Source of the DNA: Escherichia coli
GTDB lineage: Bacteria > Pseudomonadota > Gammaproteobacteria > Enterobacterales > Enterobacteriaceae
Length of the DNA: 64,000 nt
Strand: one strand, 5' to 3'
Assembly (NCBI RefSeq): GCF_041248615.1
Contig: NZ_CP158426.1
The position numbers were made by a program, and so were the translations under genes. The notes below the pieces were generated by a model. It saw nothing but the letters and a program-made list of their open reading frames with translations. It was not told where the DNA came from and did no database searches. Of this stretch, positions 27,271 to 38,358 are shown in pieces (within the stretch, counting starts at the first letter, position 1; the number at the start of each line of letters is the position of its first letter).

Positions 27271-27963
27271 TCACGTCACCCGTTTTGCCCGACTTGCCTT
27301 CGTCCATTCTGGATTTGCACAGCGCGGACATAATTGTTTTTCCCCCGCGTTCATATGAATGATTTCACTGCAACGAATGCAGGCATAGTCCGCCGACTCC
27401 GGCACCACTTTGTAACGCTGAGTACAATCACTGGGTAAAATAAGTAAACCCGGTTTCACCTTGTCATCTTCAAAGAAATAGACACTGATTTGCCCGTTGG
27501 TTTCGAGAATCGCCAGACGTACCTGCCCCAACTGCTCTACACCGCGCAATCGTAGCTCCATAAAGAACTCAAATTCCGTCATGTTGGAGTTATTGAGTTT
27601 TGACCAGGCCAGCTCGCCATCTTCAATAATGACAACCGGCTTACCTTCCAGAAGATCTTCCAGTTTTTCACTGTGTGCCATCAACCACATTACCAGGCGG
27701 TATAACAACGCCAGAGTAATAAAGACGATAAGTACCGGGACCATCGGTACATCATCATAAAACGCCACATCTCCCGCCGCTGATCCCAGCGTCAGAATGA
27801 TTAACACTTCAAAAAGCGACATCTGCCGCACACCGCGTCTTCCGGTCATTTTGAGGAACAAAAAAACCAGTACAAAGGTATAAAGACTACGTAGTGCCAC
27901 TTCGCCAAGGAAATCAAAAGGCACTTTATCAAATGCCATACGGTGGAGATCAAACGCCTTCAT
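27271..27963 (-). CDS. ycaP: DUF421 inner membrane protein YcaP
   Basis: 230 aa ORF with N-terminal TM segments; synteny. Confidence 0.8.
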   Translation of the reverse strand: MKAFDLHRMAFDKVPFDFLGEVALRSLYTFVLVFLFLKMTGRRGVRQMSLFEVLIILTLGSAAGDVAFYDDVPMVPVLIVFITLALLYRLVMWLMAHSEKLEDLLEGKPVVIIEDGELAWSKLNNSNMTEFEFFMELRLRGVEQLGQVRLAILETNGQISVYFFEDDKVKPGLLILPSDCTQRYKVVPESADYACIRCSEIIHMNAGEKQLCPRCANPEWTKASRAKRVT

Positions 27964-28092
27964 TTTTATGCTCTTATCGTGGTTTATCCACTAAAAGCAT
28001 AGTCAACAGTTCATCGGCATGGCGGCGGTGATAGCGCCTTTGAGATAAAACCCGTATTATTGCGCGCTTTCCGTACGACTAAAGTGATTTTC

Positions 28093-29853
28093 ATGACGCA
28101 AACATTTATCCCCGGCAAAGATGCCGCACTGGAAGATTCCATCGCTCGCTTCCAGCAAAAACTTTCAGACCTCGGCTTTCAGATTGAAGAGGCCTCCTGG
28201 CTGAATCCGGTGCCTAACGTCTGGTCTGTACATATTCGCGACAAAGAGTGCGCACTGTGTTTTACCAACGGTAAAGGCGCAACCAAAAAAGCGGCGCTGG
28301 CTTCTGCACTCGGTGAATATTTCGAGCGTCTCTCAACCAACTACTTTTTTGCTGATTTCTGGCTGGGCGAAACCATCGCCAACGGTCCGTTCGTGCATTA
28401 TCCCAACGAAAAATGGTTCCCACTGAGCGAAAATGACGATGTGCCAGAAGGGCTGCTCGATGACCGTCTGCGCGCATTTTACGATCCGGAGAATGAACTG
28501 GCCGGCAGTATGCTGATTGACCTGCAATCCGGTAACGAAGATCGTGGTATTTGCGGTCTGCCGTTTACGCGTCAGTCTGATAATCAGACCGTTTATATTC
28601 CGATGAATATCATTGGTAACCTGTATGTTTCTAACGGTATGTCCGCTGGCAATACCCGTAACGAAGCACGCGTTCAGGGGTTGTCCGAAGTTTTCGAACG
28701 CTACGTGAAAAACCGCATTATTGCTGAAAGCATCAGCTTGCCGGAAATCCCGGCAGACGTGCTGGCGCGTTACCCAGCGGTGGTTGAAGCCATCGAAACG
28801 CTGGAAGCAGAAGGTTTCCCAATCTTTGCTTATGATGGTTCGCTTGGCGGCCAGTATCCGGTGATTTGCGTGGTACTGTTCAATCCTGCTAACGGCACCT
28901 GCTTTGCCTCTTTCGGTGCACATCCTGATTTTGGCGTAGCACTGGAACGTACCGTGACCGAGCTGCTGCAAGGTCGTGGCCTGAAAGATTTGGATGTGTT
29001 TACTCCGCCAACCTTCGATGATGAAGAAGTTGCTGAACATACCAACCTCGAAACGCACTTTATCGATTCCAGCGGTTTAATCTCCTGGGATCTGTTCAAG
29101 CAGGATGCCGATTATCCGTTTGTGGACTGGAATTTCTCCGGCACTACGGAAGAAGAGTTTGCTACGCTGATGGCTATCTTCAACAAAGAAGATAAAGAAG
29201 TTTATATTGCCGATTACGAGCATCTGGGCGTTTATGCTTGCCGAATTATCGTGCCTGGCATGTCCGATATTTATCCGGCTGAAGATCTGTGGCTGGCGAA
29301 TAACAGTATGGGCAGCCATTTACGTGAAACGATTCTTTCGTTACCAGGCAGCGAGTGGGAAAAAGAAGATTACCTGAACCTCATCGAGCAACTGGATGAA
29401 GAAGGTTTTGATGACTTTACCCGCGTGCGTGAGCTGTTGGGTCTGGCGACCGGGTCGGATAACGGTTGGTACACCCTGCGTATCGGTGAATTAAAAGCCA
29501 TGCTGGCGCTGGCTGGTGGCGATCTGGAACAGGCTCTGGTCTGGACCGAATGGACGATGGAGTTTAACTCATCAGTATTTAGTCCGGAACGCGCCAACTA
29601 TTATCGCTGCCTGCAAACGTTGTTATTACTGGCGCAGGAAGAAGATCGCCAGCCGCTGCAATATCTGAATGCGTTTGTTCGCATGTACGGCGCAGATGCC
29701 GTGGAAGCCGCCAGTGCGGCAATGAGCGGCGAAGCGGCGTTTTATGGCTTGCAACCAGTAGATAGCGATCTGCACGCGTTTGCTGCACATCAGTCGTTGT
29801 TGAAGGCCTACGAAAAGCTGCAGCGCGCCAAAGCAGCATTCTGGGCAAAATAA
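28093..29853 (+). CDS. ycaO: YcaO-domain protein (ribosomal protein S12 methylthiolation accessory factor)
   Basis: ORF 28060-29853; start placed at MTQTFIPGKDAALED; synteny upstream of focA. Confidence 0.85.
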   Translation: MTQTFIPGKDAALEDSIARFQQKLSDLGFQIEEASWLNPVPNVWSVHIRDKECALCFTNGKGATKKAALASALGEYFERLSTNYFFADFWLGETIANGPFVHYPNEKWFPLSENDDVPEGLLDDRLRAFYDPENELAGSMLIDLQSGNEDRGICGLPFTRQSDNQTVYIPMNIIGNLYVSNGMSAGNTRNEARVQGLSEVFERYVKNRIIAESISLPEIPADVLARYPAVVEAIETLEAEGFPIFAYDGSLGGQYPVICVVLFNPANGTCFASFGAHPDFGVALERTVTELLQGRGLKDLDVFTPPTFDDEEVAEHTNLETHFIDSSGLISWDLFKQDADYPFVDWNFSGTTEEEFATLMAIFNKEDKEVYIADYEHLGVYACRIIVPGMSDIYPAEDLWLANNSMGSHLRETILSLPGSEWEKEDYLNLIEQLDEEGFDDFTRVRELLGLATGSDNGWYTLRIGELKAMLALAGGDLEQALVWTEWTMEFNSSVFSPERANYYRCLQTLLLLAQEEDRQPLQYLNAFVRMYGADAVEAASAAMSGEAAFYGLQPVDSDLHAFAAHQSLLKAYEKLQRAKAAFWAK

Positions 29854-29869
29854 AATCAAATAGCCTTCG

Positions 29870-30258
29870 CAATGTAGGCTTAATGATTCGTCTGAGTTAT
29901 ATTACGGGGCGTTTTTTTAATGCCCCGCTTTACATATATTTGCATTAATAAAATAATTGTAATTATAAAGTTAAATATCGGTAATTTGTATTTAATAAAT
30001 ACGATCGATATTGTTACTTTATTCGCCTGGTGCTCCCTTTTAATTAACTGTTTTAGCGGAGGATGCGGAAAAAATTCAACTCATTTGTTAATTTTTAAAA
30101 TTTATTTTTATTTGGATAATCAAATAGTTACTCCGTATTTGCATAAAAACCATGCGAGTTACGGGCCTATAAGCCAGGCGAGATATGATCTATATCAATT
30201 TCTCATCTATAATGCTTTGTTAGTATCTCGTCGCCGACTTAATAAAGAGAGAGTTAGT
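29870..30258 (+). promoter_or_regulatory. focA-pflB upstream regulatory region (multi-promoter, anaerobically regulated)
   Basis: AT-rich ~390 bp non-coding stretch upstream of focA; position corresponds to the known FNR/ArcA/IHF-regulated pfl promoter region; individual sites not mapped. Confidence 0.5.
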
Positions 30259-31116
30259 GTGAAAGCTGACAACCCTTTTGATCTTTTACTTCCTGCAGCA
30301 ATGGCCAAAGTGGCCGAAGAGGCAGGTGTCTATAAAGCAACGAAACATCCGCTTAAGACTTTCTATCTGGCGATTACCGCCGGTGTTTTCATCTCAATCG
30401 CATTCGTCTTCTATATCACAGCAACCACTGGCACAGGCACAATGCCCTTCGGCATGGCAAAACTGGTTGGCGGCATTTGCTTCTCTCTGGGGCTGATTCT
30501 TTGTGTTGTCTGCGGAGCCGATCTCTTTACTTCCACAGTGTTGATTGTTGTTGCTAAGGCGAGTGGGCGAATCACCTGGGGTCAGTTGGCGAAAAACTGG
30601 CTAAATGTCTATTTTGGCAACCTGGTCGGCGCACTGCTGTTTGTACTTTTAATGTGGCTTTCCGGCGAGTATACGACCGCGAATGGTCAATGGGGACTAA
30701 ACGTCCTACAAACCGCCGACCACAAAGTGCACCATACTTTTATTGAGGCCGTCTGTCTTGGTATCCTGGCAAACCTGATGGTATGTCTGGCAGTATGGAT
30801 GAGTTATTCTGGCCGCAGCCTGATGGATAAAGCGTTCATTATGGTGCTGCCGGTCGCGATGTTTGTTGCCAGCGGTTTTGAGCACAGTATCGCAAACATG
30901 TTTATGATCCCGATGGGTATTGTAATCCGCGACTTCGCATCTCCGGAATTCTGGACCGCTGTCGGTTCTGCACCGGAAAATTTTTCTCACCTGACCGTGA
31001 TGAACTTCATCACTGATAACCTGATTCCGGTTACGATCGGTAATATTATCGGCGGTGGTTTGTTGGTTGGGTTGACATACTGGGTCATTTATCTGCGTGA
31101 AAACGATCACCATTAA
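30259..31116 (+). CDS. focA: formate channel FocA
   Basis: In-frame GTG start giving (M)KADNPFDLLLPAAMAKVAEEAG; 285-codon polytopic membrane protein; the longer ORF from 29920 is an upstream extension through AT-rich regulatory DNA. Confidence 0.88.
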   Translation: MKADNPFDLLLPAAMAKVAEEAGVYKATKHPLKTFYLAITAGVFISIAFVFYITATTGTGTMPFGMAKLVGGICFSLGLILCVVCGADLFTSTVLIVVAKASGRITWGQLAKNWLNVYFGNLVGALLFVLLMWLSGEYTTANGQWGLNVLQTADHKVHHTFIEAVCLGILANLMVCLAVWMSYSGRSLMDKAFIMVLPVAMFVASGFEHSIANMFMIPMGIVIRDFASPEFWTAVGSAPENFSHLTVMNFITDNLIPVTIGNIIGGGLLVGLTYWVIYLRENDHH

Positions 31117-31170
31117 TGGTTGTCGAAGTACGCAGTAAATAAAAAATCCACTTAAGAAGGTAGGTGTTAC

Positions 31171-33453
31171 ATGTCCGAGCTTAATGAAAAGTTAGCCACA
31201 GCCTGGGAAGGTTTTACCAAAGGTGACTGGCAGAATGAAGTAAACGTCCGTGACTTCATTCAGAAAAACTACACTCCGTACGAGGGTGACGAGTCCTTCC
31301 TGGCTGGCGCTACTGAAGCGACCACCACCCTGTGGGACAAAGTAATGGAAGGCGTTAAACTGGAAAACCGCACTCACGCGCCAGTTGACTTTGACACCGC
31401 TGTTGCTTCCACCATCACCTCTCACGACGCTGGCTACATCAACAAGCAGCTTGAGAAAATCGTTGGTCTGCAGACTGAAGCTCCGCTGAAACGTGCTCTT
31501 ATCCCGTTCGGTGGTATCAAAATGATCGAAGGTTCCTGCAAAGCGTACAACCGCGAACTGGACCCGATGATCAAAAAAATCTTCACTGAATACCGTAAAA
31601 CTCACAACCAGGGCGTGTTCGACGTTTACACTCCGGACATCCTGCGTTGCCGTAAATCCGGTGTTCTGACCGGTCTGCCAGATGCTTATGGCCGTGGTCG
31701 TATCATCGGTGACTACCGTCGCGTTGCGCTGTACGGTATCGACTACCTGATGAAAGACAAACTTGCACAGTTCACCTCTCTGCAGGCTGATCTGGAAAAC
31801 GGCGTAAACCTGGAACAGACTATCCGTCTGCGCGAAGAAATCGCTGAACAGCACCGCGCTCTGGGTCAGATGAAAGAAATGGCTGCGAAATACGGCTACG
31901 ACATCTCTGGTCCGGCTACCAACGCTCAGGAAGCTATCCAGTGGACTTACTTTGGCTACCTGGCTGCTGTTAAGTCTCAGAACGGCGCTGCAATGTCCTT
32001 CGGTCGTACCTCCACCTTCCTGGATGTGTACATCGAACGTGACCTGAAAGCTGGCAAGATCACCGAACAAGAAGCGCAGGAAATGGTTGACCACCTGGTC
32101 ATGAAACTGCGTATGGTTCGCTTCCTGCGTACTCCGGAATACGATGAACTGTTCTCTGGCGACCCGATCTGGGCAACCGAATCTATCGGTGGTATGGGCC
32201 TCGACGGTCGTACCCTGGTTACCAAAAACAGCTTCCGTTTCCTGAACACCCTGTACACCATGGGTCCGTCTCCGGAACCGAACATGACCATTCTGTGGTC
32301 TGAAAAACTGCCGCTGAACTTCAAGAAATTCGCCGCTAAAGTGTCCATCGACACCTCTTCTCTGCAGTATGAGAACGATGACCTGATGCGTCCGGACTTC
32401 AACAACGATGACTACGCTATCGCTTGCTGCGTAAGCCCGATGATCGTTGGTAAACAAATGCAGTTCTTCGGTGCGCGTGCAAACCTGGCGAAAACCATGC
32501 TGTACGCAATCAACGGCGGCGTTGACGAAAAACTGAAAATGCAGGTTGGTCCGAAGTCTGAACCGATCAAAGGCGATCTCCTGAACTACGATGAAGTGAT
32601 GGAGCGCATGGATCACTTCATGGACTGGCTGGCTAAACAGTACATCACTGCACTGAACATCATCCACTACATGCACGACAAGTACAGCTACGAAGCCTCT
32701 CTGATGGCGCTGCACGACCGTGACGTTATCCGCACCATGGCGTGTGGTATCGCTGGTCTGTCCGTTGCTGCTGACTCCCTGTCTGCAATCAAATATGCGA
32801 AAGTTAAACCGATTCGTGACGAAGACGGTCTGGCTATCGACTTCGAAATCGAAGGCGAATACCCGCAGTTTGGTAACAACGATCCGCGTGTAGATGACCT
32901 GGCTGTTGACCTGGTAGAACGTTTCATGAAGAAAATTCAGAAACTGCACACCTACCGTGACGCTATCCCGACTCAGTCTGTTCTGACCATCACTTCTAAC
33001 GTTGTGTATGGTAAGAAAACTGGTAACACCCCAGACGGTCGTCGTGCTGGCGCGCCGTTCGGACCGGGTGCTAACCCGATGCACGGTCGTGACCAGAAAG
33101 GTGCAGTAGCCTCTCTGACTTCCGTTGCTAAACTGCCGTTTGCTTACGCTAAAGATGGTATCTCCTACACCTTCTCTATCGTTCCGAACGCACTGGGTAA
33201 AGACGACGAAGTTCGTAAGACCAACCTGGCTGGTCTGATGGATGGTTACTTCCACCACGAAGCGTCCATCGAAGGTGGTCAGCACCTGAACGTTAACGTG
33301 ATGAACCGTGAAATGCTGCTCGACGCGATGGAAAACCCGGAAAAATATCCGCAGCTGACCATCCGTGTATCTGGCTACGCAGTACGTTTCAACTCGCTGA
33401 CTAAAGAACAGCAGCAGGACGTTATTACTCGTACCTTCACTCAATCTATGTAA
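31171..33453 (+). CDS. pflB: pyruvate formate-lyase (formate C-acetyltransferase 1)
   Basis: 760 aa ORF; C-terminal glycyl-radical motif RVSGYAVRF; strong codon bias. Confidence 0.96.
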   Translation: MSELNEKLATAWEGFTKGDWQNEVNVRDFIQKNYTPYEGDESFLAGATEATTTLWDKVMEGVKLENRTHAPVDFDTAVASTITSHDAGYINKQLEKIVGLQTEAPLKRALIPFGGIKMIEGSCKAYNRELDPMIKKIFTEYRKTHNQGVFDVYTPDILRCRKSGVLTGLPDAYGRGRIIGDYRRVALYGIDYLMKDKLAQFTSLQADLENGVNLEQTIRLREEIAEQHRALGQMKEMAAKYGYDISGPATNAQEAIQWTYFGYLAAVKSQNGAAMSFGRTSTFLDVYIERDLKAGKITEQEAQEMVDHLVMKLRMVRFLRTPEYDELFSGDPIWATESIGGMGLDGRTLVTKNSFRFLNTLYTMGPSPEPNMTILWSEKLPLNFKKFAAKVSIDTSSLQYENDDLMRPDFNNDDYAIACCVSPMIVGKQMQFFGARANLAKTMLYAINGGVDEKLKMQVGPKSEPIKGDLLNYDEVMERMDHFMDWLAKQYITALNIIHYMHDKYSYEASLMALHDRDVIRTMACGIAGLSVAADSLSAIKYAKVKPIRDEDGLAIDFEIEGEYPQFGNNDPRVDDLAVDLVERFMKKIQKLHTYRDAIPTQSVLTITSNVVYGKKTGNTPDGRRAGAPFGPGANPMHGRDQKGAVASLTSVAKLPFAYAKDGISYTFSIVPNALGKDDEVRKTNLAGLMDGYFHHEASIEGGQHLNVNVMNREMLLDAMENPEKYPQLTIRVSGYAVRFNSLTKEQQQDVITRTFTQSM

Positions 33454-33493
33454 TTAGATTTGACTGAAATCGTACAGTAAAAAGCGTACAATA

Positions 33494-33521
33494 AAGGCTC
33501 CACGAAAGTGGGGCCTTTTTT
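33494..33521 (+). terminator. rho-independent terminator after pflB
   Basis: aaaggctccacgaaagtggggccttttttag hairpin with T-run. Confidence 0.7.
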
Positions 33522-33644
33522 AGCACGAGAGCCTTTTTTGTCAGCTATCTATACTTTAAGGTGACTGCCAAAACAGACTCGACGTAGCCTTCGAGCTGCG
33601 CACCAACACGGCCTCAGATGGGCCACATCTGGAGAAACACCGCA

Positions 33645-34385
33645 ATGTCAGTTATTGGTCGCATTCACTCCTTTGAATCCTGTGGAACCGTAGACGGCCC
33701 GGGTATTCGCTTTATCACCTTTTTCCAGGGCTGCCTGATGCGCTGCCTGTATTGTCATAACCGCGACACCTGGGACACGCATGGCGGTAAAGAAGTTACC
33801 GTTGAAGATTTGATGAAGGAAGTGGTGACCTATCGCCACTTTATGAACGCTTCCGGCGGCGGCGTTACCGCATCCGGCGGTGAAGCAATCCTGCAAGCTG
33901 AGTTTGTTCGTGACTGGTTCCGCGCCTGCAAAAAAGAAGGCATTCATACCTGTCTGGATACCAACGGTTTTGTTCGTCGTTACGATCCGGTGATTGATGA
34001 ACTGCTGGAAGTAACCGACCTGGTAATGCTCGATCTCAAACAGATGAACGACGAGATCCACCAAAATCTGGTTGGAGTTTCCAACCACCGCACGCTGGAG
34101 TTCGCCAAATATCTGGCGAACAAAAATGTGAAGGTGTGGATCCGCTACGTTGTTGTCCCAGGCTGGTCTGACGATGACGATTCAGCGCATCGCCTCGGTG
34201 AATTTACCCGTGATATGGGCAACGTTGAGAAAATCGAGCTTCTCCCCTACCACGAACTGGGCAAACACAAATGGGTGGCGATGGGTGAAGAATACAAACT
34301 TGATGGTGTTAAACCACCGAAGAAAGAGACCATGGAACGCGTGAAAGGCATTCTTGAGCAGTACGGTCATAAGGTAATGTTCTAA
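33645..34385 (+). CDS. pflA: pyruvate formate-lyase activating enzyme (radical SAM)
   Basis: ORF 33618-34385; start placed at [20 protein letters not shown]; CxxxCxxC radical-SAM motif [10 protein letters not shown]. Confidence 0.92.
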   Translation: MSVIGRIHSFESCGTVDGPGIRFITFFQGCLMRCLYCHNRDTWDTHGGKEVTVEDLMKEVVTYRHFMNASGGGVTASGGEAILQAEFVRDWFRACKKEGIHTCLDTNGFVRRYDPVIDELLEVTDLVMLDLKQMNDEIHQNLVGVSNHRTLEFAKYLANKNVKVWIRYVVVPGWSDDDDSAHRLGEFTRDMGNVEKIELLPYHELGKHKWVAMGEEYKLDGVKPPKKETMERVKGILEQYGHKVMF

Positions 34386-34393
34386 TTTCCCCG

Positions 34394-34428
34394 TAAAGCG
34401 GCAACTTTTTTGAGTTGCCGCTTTTTTA
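34394..34428 (+). terminator. rho-independent terminator after pflA
   Basis: gcggcaact / agttgccgc stem followed by TTTTTT. Confidence 0.7.
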
Positions 34429-34594
34429 TTCCGCGCTGCATAAATAATTCAGAGCTCTATTTCTAACGCCCTTACAGCACAGCTTCCAAATGTATTACCC
34501 AAACCGCCAGTATATGTCCTGCGGCTTGCGCGCATTTCTCGATTATGTAAAAACGGGTCAGATCTGCCAGAGTCAGCGTCACCGGCCACAATAA

Positions 34595-36025
34595 TTATTT
34601 GCTATTCGCTTTACGCGCCAGCAGCGGGAATATCAGCCCTAATCCTACCAGCACAAACGGCGTTGCAACATTCAGCGCCAACTGGAATGTCCACTCTGCG
34701 GTGAAGGCTTCCATTTTCGGGAAAATACCAGTCAGGCAGGCAAAAGCGGTAAAGGCAAAACACCAAATTCCGACGGTCATTGCCAGCGGCTTATTACGAA
34801 TAAAGACATATTCTGGTTTATATTTCTGCGCCAGGCGAACAACTGCAATAAATGCAACAAATACCCATAAATAACGCAGCGGCATCACTACCGAGTTAAG
34901 ATTCAACAGCCATTTATAGAGATTGTTCATATCACCAATGCCGAGAGTCGGTAGCATTATCAGGATCGCCACCAGCACCAGGGTCAGAAAATAGCCATTA
35001 ACGGGCGTACCAGAAGCGTTGGTACGACATAAACTGGCTGGAATATATTTGCTGTCAGCATCGCCTAATAACACTTTAAGCGGCGCATCAATCGAGAATA
35101 CCAGCGCAGCTACTTGTCCCAGGGTATTCGCAATGGCATAAATCACCATTAAAGTATTACCCATGTTGTAATACTCGCCCAGCTTCTGAAAGGCGTAATA
35201 CTGACCGTTAGTCATTAAGTCATCCGGGATATTACGCGAGTCAAACATCATCCCCATCGCCAGTGAGCCCAGAATGGCACAAACCGCAACCATCACCGCC
35301 AGGCATAACATCCCTTTTGGAAATTCTTTTCCTGGGTTGCGCGTTTGATTAACGTAAGGAGAAATCTTCTCTGCTCCGCCAACCGCGAAAACCAGCATTG
35401 AAATAGTGGTAATGTAGGTAAAGTCGATATGAGGAATGAACGTTTCCCAGGTAATGTTTGTGGTCGCAATATGCACTTCAGTAATTGCAGGCGCGGTTAC
35501 CGCCATCGCCACATACAGGAGCGACATAACAAACATCGCAATCCCTGCCACAGAACCGACGATTTTCAGCGATTTCATACCGCGTGAAGCAACCCACATA
35601 AAGAAGATAAACAGCACCAGCGTTAACCCCTGTAACGCTACGACTGAATATTCTTTGATTAACGAACCGTCGCCTTTCATCGCCCAACCGAGCGCAATCA
35701 GTATTGCCTGGGGTTTTTGTGCCAGATAGGGAATATGCACTACCCAGTAGGTCCACGCGGCGAGGTAAGCCAGTCCGGGTCCCATCGTGTGTTTAATCCA
35801 GGTACTGACCCCGCCCTTCCCATCTTTGAAGGTCGAGCCTAACTGACCAACAATTAGCGCATAAGGTGTGAAATAGAGCGCAAAGATAAACACCCATGAA
35901 AAAACAACCACCAGCCCCTGGTTGGCGTAGTTATTAACAACGTTGCCAAAACCCCAGACAGTGATAAAAGACATCAGCGCAATGTTGTACCATCGCAGCT
36001 GTTTTTCCTGAACATTCCCAGCCAT
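34595..36025 (-). CDS. ycaM: APC-family amino acid/polyamine transporter YcaM
   Basis: ORF 34595-36217; start placed at MAGNVQEKQLRWYNIALMSF; polytopic membrane protein. Confidence 0.8.
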   Translation of the reverse strand: MAGNVQEKQLRWYNIALMSFITVWGFGNVVNNYANQGLVVVFSWVFIFALYFTPYALIVGQLGSTFKDGKGGVSTWIKHTMGPGLAYLAAWTYWVVHIPYLAQKPQAILIALGWAMKGDGSLIKEYSVVALQGLTLVLFIFFMWVASRGMKSLKIVGSVAGIAMFVMSLLYVAMAVTAPAITEVHIATTNITWETFIPHIDFTYITTISMLVFAVGGAEKISPYVNQTRNPGKEFPKGMLCLAVMVAVCAILGSLAMGMMFDSRNIPDDLMTNGQYYAFQKLGEYYNMGNTLMVIYAIANTLGQVAALVFSIDAPLKVLLGDADSKYIPASLCRTNASGTPVNGYFLTLVLVAILIMLPTLGIGDMNNLYKWLLNLNSVVMPLRYLWVFVAFIAVVRLAQKYKPEYVFIRNKPLAMTVGIWCFAFTAFACLTGIFPKMEAFTAEWTFQLALNVATPFVLVGLGLIFPLLARKANSK

Positions 36026-36184
36026 AGACAAATCCTTCGCCAAAATTAAAGGGGCATCTGTAAAACGAGGGATTATGCGCGGCAAATAAGAAGTGCGGAA
36101 ATAGCGAAATGCAAAATTATAACCTGCTGCACATTTTATTTTTAAACGAATAAAATTTGGAATAAAGCAAGTCAGATAGAAGAA

Positions 36185-36226
36185 ACAAAAAAGCAGAGTG
36201 TGAAACAGTAAGTTCACACTCTGCTT
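36185..36226 (-). terminator. rho-independent terminator after ycaD
   Basis: Minus strand gcagagtgtgaac...gttcacactctgc stem followed by TTTTTT. Confidence 0.7.
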
Positions 36227-36234
36227 GAATTCAT

Positions 36235-37383
36235 TTACACGTGAGCAACGGGTTTCGGCGTATGACCGGCGTTGCGAAGCAGCATCAGCAAATAGATAAA
36301 CGATACGCTGGCGATCATGATAAACAATAAATTATCGGAGAAATTCTGCATTAGCATGGCAGTAAATGACGGGCCAAGCAGACTTCCCACGGTATAGCTC
36401 AACAGTAAGGCCTGGTTCATCGCCACCAGTTGATGATGTTCAACTTTCTCGCAAGCCCATGCCATCGCCACCGGATATAGCGTAAAGCCAGCGGCACCGA
36501 GGATGAATAACGCTGGGGCCATCGCCGCCTGGCTAAGCATCGCGATACTGCCGAGAATGACGACAAAGACCTGAACACGCAACACCAGCAGTCGACCAAA
36601 CTTATCCGCCAGACGTCCAATCGGCCATTGTCCAAGGATACCCGCACTGACCAGTACCGCCATCCAGAAACCAATGCTGGCATTGCTCACCCCTTTGTGA
36701 TTGAGGTACAGCGGCATCAGGCCATATAGAGATCCCAGAACGATTCCTGAGATAATGCAGCCATTCACGCCAAGCCGCGCCTGACGGAGTTTTAGCATTG
36801 ACGTAATTGACGTCGAATCATGGTTTTCAGCCTGCTGATTCAGCACACGCGTAAACAACAGCGGTAAGATCCCTGCCAACGTCAAACCTGTAACCCACGG
36901 CAATACGGACATCAGCTCGGTTGAAACTTTGCTGACCAGTAACTGGCCTAAAAACGTTCCCACGTAATAAACCATCATATACGCAGCAAGCAAACGCCCA
37001 CGGTTACGTGACGTCCCACTGCACATCAGCGCGCTCTCAACAACCACCCAAATCATGGCACAGCCGACGCCGGCGACAAAACGCCAAGCCAACCAGCTCC
37101 AGAATCCAATCATCAGGCCAAGGCCGGCACAGCCAGCGGCAAAAATGAAGGAGGCCAGATAATAGCTGCGGTTAAAGCCAATGCGCTTAATGACATACCC
37201 TGTCAGCAATGTACCGACCAGGTTGCCGGTAAAATAGGATGAGCTGACAACACCTACCTGCCATGTGGACATGTGTTCCTGGGCGAGCCAAAGCGGCACG
37301 AGTGTATTTAACACTGCGATCGCCAGAGTCAACAAAAGCAGGCCAGACAGCAAAAGCATGACAGGCCGGGTATACGTGGACAT
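36235..37383 (-). CDS. ycaD: MFS transporter YcaD
   Basis: 382 aa polytopic membrane ORF; synteny. Confidence 0.85.
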   Translation of the reverse strand: MSTYTRPVMLLLSGLLLLTLAIAVLNTLVPLWLAQEHMSTWQVGVVSSSYFTGNLVGTLLTGYVIKRIGFNRSYYLASFIFAAGCAGLGLMIGFWSWLAWRFVAGVGCAMIWVVVESALMCSGTSRNRGRLLAAYMMVYYVGTFLGQLLVSKVSTELMSVLPWVTGLTLAGILPLLFTRVLNQQAENHDSTSITSMLKLRQARLGVNGCIISGIVLGSLYGLMPLYLNHKGVSNASIGFWMAVLVSAGILGQWPIGRLADKFGRLLVLRVQVFVVILGSIAMLSQAAMAPALFILGAAGFTLYPVAMAWACEKVEHHQLVAMNQALLLSYTVGSLLGPSFTAMLMQNFSDNLLFIMIASVSFIYLLMLLRNAGHTPKPVAHV

Positions 37384-37697
37384 GAATTAAAACCGTGAGG
37401 AAGTTCAAATTTCATGCGCATCATGCCACCGCCAAAAACATTGTCAATGGGTGAAAATACGCGCATATCGCAGCTGAGGTATTATCGATTTATATTACTC
37501 ATTCATAACGCTAATGCTGGAGAGACGATTAATCTCATCTGATTGTTTTTAATGATCTAACACAAATTTCATACGCTTCGTTCAGTCGAAAAATTTCATG
37601 GTCACAGCAAACTCATATTTCCCGTCTATGCTTTCAGGGCAATGCATCGCGTCTGACCGATTTCAGACGTACCACTGACTCTCGAAAGGAGAAGAGG

Positions 37698-38324
37698 ATG
37701 ACCAAACCGTATGTTCGTCTTGATAAAAATGATGCTGCCGTTTTGCTTGTTGATCACCAGGCTGGTTTACTTTCCCTTGTACGGGATATCGAACCCGATA
37801 AGTTTAAAAATAACGTGCTGGCGCTGGGCGACCTGGCTAAGTATTTCAACTTACCTACTATTCTTACCACCAGTTTTGAAACCGGTCCTAACGGCCCATT
37901 AGTTCCAGAACTGAAAGCACAGTTTCCCGATGCACCTTACATTGCTCGCCCGGGAAATATTAACGCCTGGGATAACGAAGATTTTGTAAAAGCTGTCAAA
38001 GCGACAGGTAAAAAACAGTTAATTATTGCCGGTGTGGTAACCGAAGTTTGCGTGGCATTCCCGGCGCTTTCAGCCATTGAAGAAGGGTTTGACGTCTTTG
38101 TCGTGACTGACGCGTCAGGGACCTTTAATGAAATTACCCGGCATTCGGCGTGGGATCGCATGTCGCAAGCTGGTGCGCAATTGATGACATGGTTCGGCGT
38201 GGCTTGCGAGCTGCATCGCGACTGGCGTAATGATATTGAAGGACTGGCGACGTTGTTCTCTAACCATATTCCTGATTATCGTAATTTGATGACCAGTTAT
38301 GACACGTTAACGAAGCAGAAATAA
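37698..38324 (+). CDS. ycaC: isochorismatase-family hydrolase YcaC
   Basis: 208 aa ORF MTKPYVRLDKNDAAVLLVDHQAG, recognised as YcaC. Confidence 0.88.
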   Translation: MTKPYVRLDKNDAAVLLVDHQAGLLSLVRDIEPDKFKNNVLALGDLAKYFNLPTILTTSFETGPNGPLVPELKAQFPDAPYIARPGNINAWDNEDFVKAVKATGKKQLIIAGVVTEVCVAFPALSAIEEGFDVFVVTDASGTFNEITRHSAWDRMSQAGAQLMTWFGVACELHRDWRNDIEGLATLFSNHIPDYRNLMTSYDTLTKQK

Positions 38325-38326
38325 AA

Positions 38327-38352
38327 GAGAACCGGGGCCGAAACCCCGGTTG
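38327..38352. terminator. bidirectional hairpin between convergent ycaC and dmsC
   Basis: aaccggggccgaaaccccggtt perfect stem-loop immediately after both stops. Confidence 0.65.
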
Positions 38353-38358
38353 TTATGA

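Noticed and set aside
28333-29058. 241-aa minus-strand ORF inside ycaO
   Set aside because: Antisense shadow of ycaO; the sense frame is the recognised protein.
29920-30258. N-terminal extension of the focA ORF (398-aa version starting at 29920)
   Set aside because: The extension runs through AT-rich promoter DNA with implausible translation (MPRFTYICINKIIVIIKLNIG…); the GTG at 30259 gives the canonical FocA N-terminus.
31192-33444. 750-aa ORF on the minus strand spanning almost all of pflB
   Set aside because: Antisense shadow of a highly expressed, strongly codon-biased gene; the sense strand encodes a well-recognised pyruvate formate-lyase with a glycyl-radical motif; the antisense translation is low-complexity (V/T/F/R-rich).
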